A stretch of DNA of 64,000 bases from contig NW_024704743.1 in the NCBI RefSeq assembly GCF_018977255.1, positions 57,042,001 to 57,106,000 of the forward strand. The letters run 5' to 3'. This document shows positions 62,822 through 64,000 of the stretch, piece after piece. This DNA is from Callorhinchus milii (Eukaryota). Below the pieces are notes generated by a model that saw only the letters and a program-made list of their open reading frames with translations, made no database searches and had not been told where the DNA came from. The translations under genes were made by a program, and so were the position numbers. Position 1 is the first letter of the stretch; the number at the start of each line of letters is the position of its first letter.

Positions 62822-63640
62822 AAGCCAGTCAGGAACCTCGGCGTTTTGTTCGACCCTGAGCTGTCCTTTCTCCCTCACATCCGCACCACAACTGGCACCG
62901 CCTTCCATCACCTCCGGAATATCGCCAGATTACGGCACTACCTCACCCCTCACGCTGCTGAAACCCTGGTTCACGCCTTTGTCACCTCAAGGCTGGACTA
63001 TGGGAACTCTCTCCTCGCCGGCCTTCCCGGCACCTCCCTCCACAAGCTGCAGGTCATTCAGAATTCTGCAGCTCGTGTACTGTCCCGCACCAGGCTTCGG
63101 GACCACATCACTCCCACCCTCGCTCGCCTCCACTGGCTCCCCATCCCCCAGAGGATCGCATTCAAGATCCTCATCCTCACCTACAAGGCCATTCACGGCC
63201 TTGCTCCCTCCTACCTCTCCAACCTACTATCCCCTACCTACCTGCCCGTACCCTCCGTTCCTCTGGCTCCGGTCTGCTCCACGTCCCCGCCCCAACCGCC
63301 CTACTATCGGTGGTCGGGCCTTCAGCCTCTCAGCCCCGAGGCTCTGGAACTCCATCCCCCAGTGCCTTCGCCGCTTCCTCCCTTTCCTCCTTCAAGGCCG
63401 GTCTCAAAACCTTTCTCTTTGACCGTGCCTTCAGCTCCCCTCTCGACTCTCTTCCTCCTCCTCGCTCCCTCCCTTCCCTCCCCTCACCCTGACCATTTCC
63501 CCCTCCTCTCTCCCTCCCTTCCCTCCCCTCACCCTGACCATTTCCCCCCTGCTCGGGTCATGACCCAACTGTGCAGCGCCTTGGGACGTCCTCCTGACGT
63601 GAAAGGCGCTCTATAAATGGAATCTTGTTGTTGTTGTTGT
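62822..63640 (+). mobile_element. Young L2 LINE, 5'-truncated, nested in an antisense SINE (about 62745-63760)
   Basis: L2 ORF2 C-terminal motifs, 3'UTR, stem-loop and (TTG)n. TGAA lies at both junctions, and the flanks join into one SINE. Confidence 0.93.
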
Positions 63641-64000
63641 TGAATATATTGTAAAGTGGATTGACCGTACATTTTGTGGCCAAAATGCGGCAGCCAATTG
63701 CCCACAGCAATGTCCCACAAACAGTCACAGGTTAAGTGACCAAATTATTATTTCTGATTATCAAAAAAATCTGTATTATCAAACAAAACTAAAGAACTCT
63801 CTGCACTTGAACTTCTGGATTATTATAGTTATATTACCTGCAATAAAGAGTCTCAGATAGCTGTGTCACATTTCTTAGAAACTAGGGCAATAAAATGAGA
63901 TAATAAACTTTAAGCCATAGATTGGCTCAGAGCCCAAAAATGGTTGCCAAACGTCAAAGTAAAAATTTACAATCCCAAACTTAAAAATATAATGTCTCAG

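Noticed and set aside
56377..64000. SCIN exons 1-3
   Set aside because: I found no matching coding sequence in this interval; they presumably lie beyond the window end.

Overview
Vertebrate nuclear genomic DNA, not prokaryotic. The repeat content suggests a cartilaginous fish (chimaera/shark-like); this is an inference. Two genes lie in tandem on the minus strand, in the same order as the human SCIN-ARL4A pair. (1) A complete ARL4A: a 200-aa single coding exon at 1860-2462, a non-coding exon 1 near 4431-4550, and a CpG-island promoter rich in CCAAT and GC boxes. (2) The 3' 13 exons (human-numbered 4-16) of scinderin/adseverin (SCIN), 18308-56376. They splice at GT-AG sites into an uninterrupted 557-aa frame; exons 1-3 lie beyond the window. 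The rest is mostly retroposons: 5'-truncated L2 LINEs, CR1 remnants, old Deu-domain SINEs, a young tRNA-headed SINE sharing the L2 3' tail, an LF-SINE-like element, and a Tc1/mariner-type MITE. Most notable observations: this scinderin keeps a gelsolin-like C-terminal tail that mammalian scinderin lacks; a decayed 28S rRNA fragment sits in an intron; the young SINE looks like a CORE/Deu chimera; the SINE/L2 3' stem-loop shows compensatory base-pair changes; ARL4A has three candidate uORFs; and there are several perfect intronic inverted repeats, including a 90-nt hairpin. I found no CRISPR array and no convincing novel multi-gene system. Repeat boundaries are approximate, and family names rest on recalled consensus sequences, not on searches.
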